From the NCBI GenBank assembly GCA_049999805.1, contig JBNGIO010006309.1:47934-108736 (forward strand): a stretch of DNA of 60,803 nucleotides. Reading direction: 5' to 3'. A program made the position numbers and the translations under genes. Source of the stretch: Folioceros fuciformis. Its lineage: Eukaryota. Shown piece by piece: positions 1 to 12,300 of the stretch. The notes beneath the pieces are model-generated. The model saw only the letters and a program-made list of their open reading frames with translations. It ran no database searches and was not told the DNA's origin. Each line of letters opens with the position of its first letter. Position 1 is the stretch's first letter.

Positions 1-2310
1 GCAGGCGCATTGTGGCGGGGAAGCGGCAGCGCCCGGATGACTCAAAAAACTGCGTCAAAAAGCTGCTCAAGCGGGAGATTAGTCGTGCGGGCAACTGGGC
101 CTTCAATCGCACCAACTCGCAGGAGAAATTTCGAAATTTTCACCTGCAGGTGTGGTAGTGTGCCTTCGCTGTCACTGCGCAGCTTCTGAGTTTGAGAATT
201 GTTGTGGTGGAGGGCCGGAGCCCTGCATGCTGTATGTTGCTCTCGCTGACGGTAAAAAATTGCAACTTCTTGTCGGCCTGTCTGGACGAGAGTTGTGCTT
301 GCCTCCATGGCACTGAAGGCTTCTGAAAATTTTCCCCTGGAAGTGATGAGAGTGGAGTTTCCGGGGTTTGTCGCGTCACTTTGTCTTGAATTGATGTTCA
401 TGTGACCGTTGGTTTTTGAATTTCAAATCTGGGCATATGCTTCTGCAAACTGTCCCGCCTGGTTTCTTGGACGGAGGCCAATTACTTCTCCATGTGTGCC
501 CTACTTCCATGGTGCTTACCTCAGTCTTTCTTTGTGGTTTTACAGGAGGAGTTTGACACTCACGACCCCAAAGCTCATCATTTTTTGAAGCTTCCCTTTC
601 TGAAGAAGCGCTCCCGCATAGTAGAGATTGTGGCGGCGAGGGATACCGTTTTTGCTCTGGCCCATTCCGGTGTATGCGCGGCTTTCAGTCGTGGTATGTC
701 ATGCCTGTGAGGTGTACAGTCCAGCTTATGGCCTCCTTGTGGATGACGTATGCTCTAAGACTAGATGGTTTCTTTGGCAGAAACCAACAAGAGAATCTGC
801 TTCTTGAACATCAGTTCTGATGAAGTTATCAGAAGTTTATTCTACAACAAGAACAATGATTCCCTCATCACAGTTTCTGTATATGCTTCGGACAACTTCA
901 GCTCTCTGAAATGTCGAACGACTCCCATTGAGTAAGAGCTAGGAACGTAACATGTGTGAGTTTCATCTGAAAAGATTCAATAGTTTGAGCGGGAATTGTT
1001 TTGCATCACTAATCTGTTGGTGCCCTTGCCCAATCATTTTTGTAGGTACATAAGGCGTGGGCAGCCTGATGCGGGGTTTCCTTTGTTCGAGTCCGAGTCG
1101 CTTAGATGGCCAGGTTTTGTAGAGTTTGATGATGTGAATGGGAAAGTTCTCACATACTCTGCTCAAGACCGGTATAGCCGCATCTTCTTCTCTCCATTAT
1201 GCGCTGTGCTGCACCAAGCTGTTGGCTTTTGTGGAGTATCTAATGGTGGTTGCGTTCTTCTCACAGAATCTATAAGGTTTTTGACCTCAAGAATTATACG
1301 ATGCTCTACTCAATATCCGATGAGCATGTCCAGGAAATCAAGATCAGGTAGCCTACTGAATTATTTTCTCATGCTGGAGTTAGCTGTCTTTTCATTTTCG
1401 GTCAGTGGAATGACTCTTTTCTGTGTCATTTTTCTTTTGGTGTGTTGATCAGCCCTGGGATCATGCTGCTGATCTTTGATCGGTCACAGAGTCATGTACC
1501 CCTTAAAATCCTATCTATAGAGGATGGGTCTGTTCTGAAGGCGTTCAATCACCTTCTGCATAGGAATAAGAAGGTTGATTTTATTGAGCAGTTCAATGAG
1601 AAGTTGCTGGTCAAGCAAGAGAACGAAAATCTGCAGATCCTGGACGTAGGTTTCATCTTGCTGGGCTCCACATATTGCGTCACTTGTTTGCTGTGCGTCG
1701 TCTAACCCCCGGCTTGGCAAGCAGGTGCGGAATGCCCAGCTGACAGAGGTCAGCAGAACAGAGTTTATGACGCCGTCGGCATTTATTTTTCTGTATGAAA
1801 ATCAACTCTTTCTTACCTTTCGGAACCGAACAGTAGCAGTGTGGAACTTCCGAGGTGAACTAGTGACGTCCTTCGAAGATCACCTCCTCTGGTACCCGGA
1901 TTGCAACACGAACAACATATATATCACTAGTGAGCAGGATCTGATAATTTCCTATTGCAAGGCGCACTTGCACAGCCACTGTGAAGATGGTGCCGGTAAT
2001 CACCTTTGCTCCTCTTTGCATGGTATTTATGTACTAGAATGTGCTGGTAATGGACCACAATTCCTGTGGTCTGTATTTTGCAGTGGGCTCTATCAACATA
2101 AGCAACATTCTCACAGGCAAGTGCCTAGCCAAAATACGGGCTGATGATCCCTGTGTGCGGATTAGCCCCCGAGCGCGAACGAACTCCTCCGTCATCATAA
2201 GTTCTGTGCAAGAGGCACTGGAGGATGTGACTGCGCTCTTTTACGACGAAGAGAGGAATGAGATCTACACTGGAAACAGGCATGGGCTGGTTCATGTGTG
2301 GTCTAACTGA
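1..2310 (+). CDS. Plant-conserved uncharacterised transducin/WD40-like protein, 8 exons visible, 5' end truncated by window
   Basis: GT-AG spliced exons <3-149, 546-693, 781-931, 1046-1171, 1267-1347, 1453-1645, 1725-1995 and 2084-2310 join in frame (RRIVAGKRQ...EEFDTHDPK...WPGFVEFDDVNGKVLTYSAQD...ALEDVTALFYDEERNEIYTGNRHGLVHVWSN*). Family recognised from memory of plant homologues. Confidence 0.88.
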
Positions 2311-3264
2311 AGCACCACAACGCAAGTGATTCTATAGTTGTGTACAATGATGTCGTGCAATTCATTTTTGCCGGTATTTGGATTCTTCAGTCCGACTGCC
2401 GAACTGTACGCTATTATGTTAGCGAAGTGAATCCTTCAAGAGGGAAGCACTTGTGTAGGTAGTCTTAGGAAGCCTTGTAGGTACACTTAGCATTGGTTCG
2501 TGGGTCATGAAGGTGCAGAATGCTATGGGGAAGGTGCAGAATGCTATGGGGAAGGTGCTCATTCTACGTACATGGTAGACTTGTAGCTGGCAGCTCCACG
2601 AGGGGTGTGTCGGAAACTTCTATACAAGCATCTTTTAATCCTCACAGGTATATATTTATTGTCTCCATTCGGACGTGCATTGTTAACTCGGTCCGTTACG
2701 ACTCTGCCCGCCTTGTATCTCCAGTAATTAGGTCTTGCTCGATCCTTTATTGGGTTTAGGGTTGCATCCCGCATCGTCGATGCGGTCTTGGCGACCTTTG
2801 CGATTGCATGTCTCGGAATGTCCGATTCAACCCCTGAGTCTGTAGCCGACGCTTCAGAGAAGGCATCTGGAAGGGTAGATCGAAATGATCGTCGAACTCG
2901 CAAACACTTTAACAACGTTGAAATCTCCCTGGAACGGATGATACACCCTTTGGCGAGTACCACAGGGCTGTCAGGAGGGTCGTGACGTAAGTCCGATACC
3001 CTCGTCACTCCATGTCCATCATTGTAAGGATCTTCGTTCGTGCTGACAGAGTCCATAAAGACTGGGATTAGAACCCCTAAAAGCCTCATGTATCCGGACC
3101 CCAGAAGATGGTTGTCCAGTTTTGTCGGATTTGTGCCTCTGAAGCCATGAATACCCAGAGCTGGCATCCATTAAATGGGGAGTCTTCCTTGTTTACTCAG
3201 TGGGTACCCTATGGGGTACCACAGAGGACAGAGGGCAGGTGTCAAAATTCTTTCTTAACACACC

Positions 3265-5645
3265 ACTCATGTCCGCTATAACATGAATAGATTTTTGTTC
3301 AGAAGAAATCCCATAACGGACATCCTTATGCAAAACCGATTCAGACAAGCTTAGACACTGATGTTTTTTTTTCTGGAATATGTATTTTATATAGGAATAT
3401 ATGGTAGAATCTACCATAGATTCCCATAATGAACATACCCACCTCACCAGATTAATCCCTACAAGTGTAGACCTACACTGGCGTTTTTTCACAGGGCATG
3501 TGGACCGAGAGGGACACATACTATGTTTTTTATTTGGGTTCATGCACCCTCATCATAGGATGAAACATGTCTTGGTTAGTAGGTGTTAGGGTTTAATAGT
3601 GTTTCAAAGATGCACCGATTGACACCGCTCGCTGTGACGAGAGAGATGGTTGTCTGCCATGCGTAACACCTCGCCGTGGATGCACAAGTGTGTCCTCCTC
3701 CTCCTCTCCACTCTCTAGAGGAGCACACCACTCTCCAGGAGAGCTGGCATCGCCGCTTTCGCACCCTCCTCATTGGTGGGATGCTTGACTCGGAATTTCA
3801 ATGCACCACCCCACTAGCTGTCTTGCTCTGCACCATTGCCTCGGGTCACCTAGATATTGTCATACATAATGGATCTGAATGTGAGAGATAAAATATTATC
3901 ACAAAGTACCAGGACACCTATTTTGTGCCCTATGACCGTAGTAGGCACATCTATTACGTCCAAACTATTTAGACTTTACCGCGGTCGCCCGCGGTAAAGT
4001 TTGTACGAAAGCCATTCCATACCACCCGCGGTAAAGTTTGTATGAAAGCCATTCCATACCGATGCGGACAAGGATTACATAGTTATGTTTTTTTAGAATA
4101 TATATTTATACGAATATTCCACAACATCTAAGAATATTCCTGTACTATATCTTGCCATCCGAAAGGGACACAGTCTTCAAAGAATCACTCACAAAACTTA
4201 ACACTCTCTTTCTCCAGCATTTTGGGACAATTGGGAGCTCCCAATTCTCTTCCTGTCCTCGCTGCGCACTAGGAATGACATCGTGGAGAACGTTGTCCAA
4301 GGCTGCGTCTGTCGTGTGGCGGCCAGGTCCTGGGCATGGCTGCTAACAAGGTCCTACGACAGGACGACGTGGAGGAAACGCAGGAAGCAGGTCGGGTCCA
4401 TGATAGGTCCCTCCTCCCTTGCTTGGGGGTGGGCTCTCGTGCATGGAATTCATGTTGGATCCAGAATTTGAAGCCGCTCTTGCTGCTCTCCTCATATCAA
4501 TTTTATTGGCCGTCATGGATGCGCTTTGCAGGAGCGACAAGCACAGGTGATGTGTAGGTTTGGCAAGCCCTCATGGGCTGTGAAATGAATGTGCCCATTT
4601 CAGTCCACTCGTGGACTGAGGTGAAGGCCACTCCATGGACGTGGATGGGCATTTGCCTTCTTTGCACCTAGCAATAGTGTGGGGTCTGTCCAATGGCATC
4701 CGTGCATTTGTGCTTTGGGAAGAAACCCTGTGACCCTTTGGCTTGCCCTCATGGGCTGTGCAATAACGAAAGGCGATTTCAGCCCCCTTTGGCATAGCAC
4801 ATAGGACGAGCAATTGCCAATTTTGAACCCTGGAGTAGGCTCCTTGTGGCTTCACTAGCTCAAGATTTAGCCTACGCGGGGCTGAGGCACTAAACTGTAG
4901 CACCCATGAAGTGTGGCAAGCGCGAGTAGCACCCATGACGTGTGGCAAGCGCGAGTAGCACCCATGAAGTGTGGCAAGCGCGAGTANNNNNNNNNNATGA
5001 AGTGTGGCAAGCGCGAGTAGCACCCATGAAGTGTGGCAAGCGCAAGCAGCCATGAAAGCATGGCCGCCGTGAAACCCTAAGCCCATTGGGGAAGGCCCTA
5101 ACCCTGAAGCAACCTGCCATAGGGGGAAATTGAAAACCCTAAGCATGTGTGGCAGAAAATGTCTTGTGTGTATCACTCGTTGTCCCCATCGGGACGCTTC
5201 TATGGCCGCATCGGCACGACGCGGGCAGGAGGATTGTTAACCTGAAAAAAGTTGGGACCATATATGCAGAGCGGGCAAAAATATTTGTATAGGAGCTTAT
5301 GATCGTATCGGTAATCCATAGGAGTCCAGGTTTCATAATTTTTTTTCCTTTGGACGTTGGAGGATGTCTGTTGTGGAATTTTCTTTTGAACAACAATCTA
5401 TTCATGTTATAGTGGACATGAGTATGGATATTAATACGTATGGAATACCGATAAGTTAAGTTTCTGTGAGTGATTCTTTAAAGATTATGTCCCTTTCGGG
5501 ACACAAAGTGGTTAGAGATATTTAAAACATTTTGGTACACGGTGTGTGGCAAGGTATAATATAGGAATATTCCTAGATACTATACAATATCCGCATATAA
5601 AATACATACTCAGAAAAAAAACATAAGTATGTAGTCTGTCCGGTA
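3265..5645. mobile_element. Degenerate repeat island with inverted copies (foldback/MULE-like relic)
   Basis: 4064-4202 is an imperfect inverted match of 5455-5645, and 3265-3326 is an inverted match of 5361-5423. There is a perfect 12-bp stem hairpin at 3973-4000 and no recognisable transposase. Confidence 0.45.
4897..5043. repeat. 29-bp tandem repeat (GTAGCACCCATGAAGTGTGGCAAGCGCGA), spans an N gap
   Basis: About 5 near-identical units read directly; the 10-N gap suggests a collapsed array. Confidence 0.9.
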
Positions 5646-6351
5646 TTCCATACATACTCTCTGTTTTTTTTTTAAAATCTTTTGTAGGTATCTACGAGAA
5701 TAGGTTTCCGTCATTCCAAATTTTACGGTGGCCACGCGAACCAAACCGGCTTTGCACCAAATGGGACACACGCAAAGCAGGTTCGCTGTCATGTTTGGTT
5801 GGATGCCCAAATCGGACACCGTGAATTATAGCATCTAAGACGAATATGTTGGTAGAAAACCCATGCCATGGTTACACTGTAACGTAATTTTCAACGTTTT
5901 CTCCAGCACCGTCCTGATCCAAGTCCTTTGCATCCTCCTCATGATGTTGTCAGCTCCAAGTTCCACCCTACTGCTGAGGAATTACACTCTTCGCCAATTT
6001 CCCCTAATCCGTTTCACTGAATCTTCACAGCGTCACTGATATGCAGTCCAACCTCCCCAGCTGCTGTCGTGACTCGATGTGCCCTAGCAAGATCCGGTCG
6101 ACTTGCCAATGAGTCCACGCCTGGACAACCTATGAGGTTCAGAAATTAAGGGAATGCCGTATGTCTTTCTAGGAGGGTGGGTTGTCAACCTTTCCGCCCT
6201 AATTCGCCCAGGATCGTGAATTGATGGTCATACAGTTTCCTTTGCAAGTCCACGGTTGGTATGCACTTGGGTGGTTAGTCCACAGTGGGATGTCTTGAGG
6301 AGTTTCAGTTTCAGCCTCTCTTGCAGCGAGGTGCTTGAAGAGGTGGAAGCA

Positions 6352-9300
6352 ATGGCTCAAACGAGTAGCTCGGGAGATGGACCGGCAGAGGTTGCTGCCT
6401 TGGATCGACTGCTGACCAGACTGGCACTCACAGACGATTCACAGCTCGAGAAAGTGCTCTCCAAGTTGTTGCCTCTTGCCATTGCACGTCTAGGCTCTAC
6501 TCATCACCCCACCAAGCAAAAGGTAGCTGAAAGCACCTGGCAATTGAGAACACATAGCCTGGAGAAGGGGAGCGTGTTTTGGTCCATCTCAAACGTCGCG
6601 TAACGTGTGCTTGGCTTGACGTTCAGGTGATGGAGATGTTGACGCACATAAATAAGCGAATCAAAGAGCAAACGTCTATAAAATTGCCCTTGACAGAGCT
6701 GTTGAAGCTGTACAGAACTCCCACAGCTGCTCCTATGGTGCAAAGTTTCTCCTTGGTGTATTTGGAAATGGCGTTCGATCGATCCACCTCGGAGGTACGA
6801 AGTGCAATTCTCGGGATGTCCGGGCTGCTGGGCATCACAGACAGTTGATTTTCGTGCCTGGTGGCAGGAGCAAGCGGAAACGGGGCCTTTATTGCTATCT
6901 GGGTCAGCCACCCTGCCAGCCCAGCACCAAGAAATGCTGTTGAGGATGGCGGCGAAGGTGGCTAATTTATAAGCACTTGTTTATTTATCCATGAAAATGA
7001 AGACCGTGACAATTCTAGGTGTACCTTCTGCATTTCCTTCTCTTGGCTTGTTATGACGCTGGCTACTTGCAGGGTTTTGAAAAATTCGCCTCAGAACGAG
7101 TCACAGATGCGTTGGTCCAAAAGTGCTCGTTCATTCAGGCAGCCCAGGATCGTGTCTTGTTTTTGGACTTTTGCCTACATTTCCTTCTGTATCATCCCCC
7201 GCCAGAAGGGTAAGTATATGTCCCTCAACAGCAAGTGTGTTGTTCCAGGTCTGACAAATAACTTGGTCGATCCATTTCTCTGGAATCAGAATTAGAGTGG
7301 CACCAGCAGGACTCTCTCTCTCCCAAGCCAGTAGAGTATGTGGAAAGCATCCGCTCAAAGGAGACCAGCTTGTGCTGCGGAAGGTGCAGATTGCCAACTC
7401 CTCTTTCCTGATCCGGAGAAATTGAGACCTGCGTTATGTTCCGCCCCTAGAGAACTTACGTTTGTGTCTGCCAGTTTTGACAGAAGGTTTGTCTTGGTGA
7501 TAGTTGGGTCTTCTCAACGTTGTTGCAGAGCTAGAGCTGGGAGCAAATGTTTTATATCCCCTTTTCCTTGTAGCATCTGTGGACAGGTGCACACTTGTCA
7601 TTCGGACCTGATTTTATGCAAAAACTGGAACATGTCGTAACCTCCCATGTATTTAGGGACCGTGGGGCCTGTCTTCTAGTCTTTATTCTCTTGTGTTCTC
7701 TGCCATTCGCTGTGCAGTAATGAGCGTATAGCAAAAAGAGGTGAAGAGTTGTTGAAACGCAAGGCCGTTGGTGCTGATCTTGAAGACTTGGACCTAATAC
7801 GTCGTCTCTTTTCCATATTCGAAGGTAAGCCGGTTCATGGCCGAGTTGGTGCTTTCTGTTGTCGGCCTAATCCCAGCTTTCTGTTCTTATGGTTTTCTTG
7901 CTCGGTTTTCCCAGGTACACCAGATAGCTCCGTGTTTGCAGAAGAGGAAAGGGTGTCTCCGGCGAGCTTACCACTGAAAGCTCGGCTGATGGCCACTTTT
8001 ACCCGTTCTGTAAAAGCTGCTAATGTCTTCCCCTCAACCTTGCAGTGTGTCTTCGATTGCATTTATGGTGAGTATGGTTACGGATGAGTGAGTTGCCGCA
8101 TTTTATTTGCGGATGTTTGTTATCTTTGGAATTTGAATGGAATGCCATGTGCTTGTGAGCTTTTACAGGAGCTACGACAACACCACGGTTGAAACAAGCA
8201 GGCATGGAGTTTGCTGTATGGATATTCAAACATGTAAGAGCCTGCTTGAGAGGAGTTATGCAGAATGTCTGCGCTTGTTGTACTTTGTTGTAGGGATGGT
8301 GTTGCTCAACAAAAGCCTCTGAACCTTGTGACGTGAATGCCTTTTCCTGTCAGGCTGCAGATGATCAGCTGAAACGCATGGCTCCTGTGATATTGAATGG
8401 GTTGAAAAAGCTACTTCATGAAGGGTCCAATAAAGCAGGTCTGCAATGCTAATCGTTATCAACTTATGGATTGTGTACCTTGTGCATTAGGTGCGCTGTA
8501 ATTGTGTGTTTTTGGTGCTTGTACTGGTGGAAGTACGAACATTCAAATCACCACTCTTATCTTGCTTCAGCAGATTCATCAACACGGAACTTAAGGGCCT
8601 TTACCTATCAAGCCATTGGACAACTTGCCACACGAGCACCCCACCTTTTCAGGTGAGTGACACGTTGTTAGTAAGATACCTCAACATACGATGTTTGAGC
8701 TTTACGAGATTGAAGATGTTTGCTTTTTGTGCTTTGCGGGTAGCAGCATCAACAGTGACATGGCAGTTCAACTATTCGATGCTTTACACAAGGAGTCTTC
8801 GTCAGTGCGGTCAACTGTTCAGGAGGCTGTGATTTCCCTTGCTGGTGCTTACAAGGTTTCGCTTGTGTTCATGTTTATGAAGTTCTCACGGCATTAGCTA
8901 TATGAGAATGTGAATGGAACTGATATTTTGTCTTGCATGGCTGCAGGGGTGCAGTGGGCAAGTGGCGAGTGACATTGAGGCACTTCTGCTACAAAATAGC
9001 AAATCGGTATGTACGAGCTGTGTGTGATCGTAGTGTTGCAGAAGGATTATGATCCTCATTGGAGTACGCTGGCCTCTGCAGGAGGAGGGTGAAGCACGGT
9101 TTTGTGCCATTGCATGGGCAACTCGACTCTACCCATTTGATCATGCCCCAAGCCGCTTTCTATGCATGGTTGGAGCCGCTGATGTGAAGCTTGACATCAG
9201 GTATTATTTGGGTGTTCATGGAGAGGGGTGGCACGTTGGTTGCTTTTTGAGTCATATTGAGCCTGTGATTTATCATTGTCATTTGCAGGGAAATGGCACA

Positions 9301-12300
9301 ACAAGGTCTGATGGCTTCGAAGTTCGGTCAGGATTCAGTTGATGCTGCTGATCCGGAGTCTGCTGTCCGACATCCAACTCTGAAAGCGATAATGGAGTAC
9401 ATTTGTCAGCAACAGCCAGGAGTGTGGTCCGAATCAGCTCTTTTAAATGAAAGAGTTCTATTATTTCCGTCAAAAGTGTACACGGCCATGATATCTTTTG
9501 TACAAAAATGCTATGAACAAGAGATGGGCACGATGGAGGCAGAATCTGTTGCAGCAGACTCATTTTTGAGGAAAGGAGAAGAAAATTTCTCATCATTGGG
9601 TGCTTTCCGGAAGTTGCTTGAGCATGGAATGGCATTTGATGGAATCGTGGAGCTACATTCTGCTGCGAGCAATGGTTTGCTTGCTCTCGCTGCTAATCAT
9701 GCAAAGGTTTGATCCGATTCTTTAGTGTTTTCTTTGATTCAAATCTGGGTCAAAAAGATGATCTCTGGTAGTTTTGCTCGGTGACTGGTCTTCTGTTCTT
9801 GGAACCAGGTGCTGGCAGGGCATTATCGCTATCGCTTGCCTTGGTTAAAGCAGTTCCTCGGACATGTAGACTCAAGTACAAGGGAGGCTATGAGTCGGCT
9901 TCTTGGGATCACGACAAGTGTCTTAGCACCTGTCGAGGCTGTCACTCTCATTGAGGAACTGACATCCAGATTTGCTAAAGCTGTGAAAGCCCGGTAAGTT
10001 CTCTTTTACTTGGAGACTGAAGTTCTGTGTTGTGAAGGTCTATCATGTGAGTGTCCAAACGTCTGCAGATTTGAGGAGGTGGATGGAGCTATTTGTGCCA
10101 CTGGTTATGTACTGGCTCAGTGCATGACAGGAGAACCGGACGTAAGTTGGTCCAAAGTCATGCACCATGGTTAGCTGCTGGAAGTTCATTTAAGAATGCT
10201 GGACACCTTTCTTAAATGAAGCGGTACGCGGGCTTTGGTTGCAGGTTTCGCAAGCTGTATTAGTTGAAGCAATCTCGGCGCTCACTGAAATGATGAACTC
10301 TGGAAATAGTGCTCTTGCTGGTTCTGCAGCAGAGGCCCTTGGTCACGTAGGGTTGCGTTGCCCTCTTCCTCTTCCCAGAGGAGACTTGATCGCTGTTGCA
10401 AACTCCTCTTCGGCATGCAGAGCAGATTCGTCAGATTCTAAATCCCAGGAATCATCGCTTCACGAAGACCAGGTCACTGAAAAACATGTGGGAGTCCCGG
10501 GAGAAACAGCTCCGCCTACTTTATCTCTAGTTCTTAGCCGGTTTGCTGATCTCGTTGAGGGAAAGGAGGTGAAGGTTGTTCAGAAGGCTGTCCTTGCTTA
10601 TGGACATCTTTGTTTGGGTGACTCGAGTCGGGAGCTTTCCCATGCAGCTCTTACTGCCCTATTCACTCTGAGTAGAAACAAGGTACCAATCTATGGGGCT
10701 GTTTTGCTGCTACGGTGGTTGACGCTGTGTGGAGGAAACGGTCAGGTTTACTCTTCTTGCTTGTCAGATTGTTCAAGTGTTTTTCCTACTCTTTCTTTTC
10801 ATCTATGTCGTCGTGTACAGACGGAAGATATTCTCTTCACAGTGGGAGAAGGTCTTTCATTCATCTGGGGCGCTGTTCCAATATCTGCTGATAAGATTCT
10901 GAAGTCAAACTACGTTTCTCTCTCTTTCTGGTCCAATTCTCTCTCTGGGGACTCGCCTGCAACTGGAGGTGACTTGGAAATGCATTTTGATGATGGTCGA
11001 GAAGCAGCACAAGAGAAAATATTGAAGAAGTTGTTTGAGGAGCTGCTGTTCAGTAGTAGGAAAGAGGAGAGATGCGCAGGGTCCGTTTGGCTTGTGTCTC
11101 TTATCACGTATTGTGGCCGCCATCCGACACTTCAAGCAAAACTTCCGGAGATCCAGGTGAAGTGCAAACTCATGTCACGCATTCCTGAGTGTGCTCTGAT
11201 AAGCCCTAGTGTTAGCTCCTTCTAGCATAGGCTCCCAACCCTAGTTTTCTTGTGAGTGATTGCAGGAAGCGCTTTCCCATTTGCTTGGTGAATCAAATGA
11301 TCTCACACAAGAGATGGCCTCAAGGGGTATGAGCATTGTGTACGAACTTGGTGATCCATCTACCAAGGAGGAACTTGTGCTGGCTCTTGTAAACACACTG
11401 TCTGGCACTGCCAAGAAGAAGCGTGCTGTGAAGGTAGTGGGTTTTTCGGCTGATAACGATGCTGTTTTCTGGTTAGTTCTTACTGGATCGAAATAAATGG
11501 CCGTGACTTGGTGTCTACCTTGCAGCTGATGGAAGATTCTGAAGTCTTTGAGGAAGGAGCGATGGGTGAAAAGCCAGGTGGTGGCAACATAGGCACGTAC
11601 AAGGAGCTTTGTAACATAGCTAATGAGATGGGGCAACCTGATTTGATATACAAGTTCATGGATCTTGCAAATCATCAAGCTTCCCAGAATTCAAGACGAG
11701 GTGCAGCATTTGGGTTTGCTAAGATCGCAAAGCAGGCAGGAGAAGCATTAAAGCCCCATCTGCCTGTAATGGTGCCCAAGTTGTTTCGTTATCAGTATGA
11801 TCCAAACAAAAGAATTCAGGATGCCATGGGGCATATATGGAGATCCCTTGTTCCTGAACCAAAGAAGACCGTTGATGAATATCTGGATAAAATTTTGGAG
11901 GACTTACTAGTTCAAGTAGGCTCTCGCCTCTGGCGCTCTCGAGAATCAGCATGTCTGGCACTCGCAGATGTTCTACAGGGTCGCAGATTTCCCGAGGTTC
12001 ATCTGACTCTTAACTCAGCTCTCTGTTTTTGAGCTTCTATGCCTTATTATTTCGTAAATCATTCAGTTGTTGAGTTAAACAGTTGTGCAATGCAGGTTGG
12101 GCAATACTTAGAAAGGATTTGGATAATGGCATTTCGAGCAGTGGATGATATCAAGGAGACAGTTCGCAGTTCTGGTGAAAGTCTTTGTAGGTCCGTTGGC
12201 TCGCTAACTCTGCGACTTTGTGACACGTCACTCACAGCAGAAGTTGATGCAAAGGCAACTATGGCCCTTGTTCTCCCATTCCTTCTCTCCAAAGGCATCA

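Noticed and set aside
2559..3167. 202-aa minus-strand ORF
   Set aside because: No recognisable domain or splice context; it lies in repeat-like sequence.
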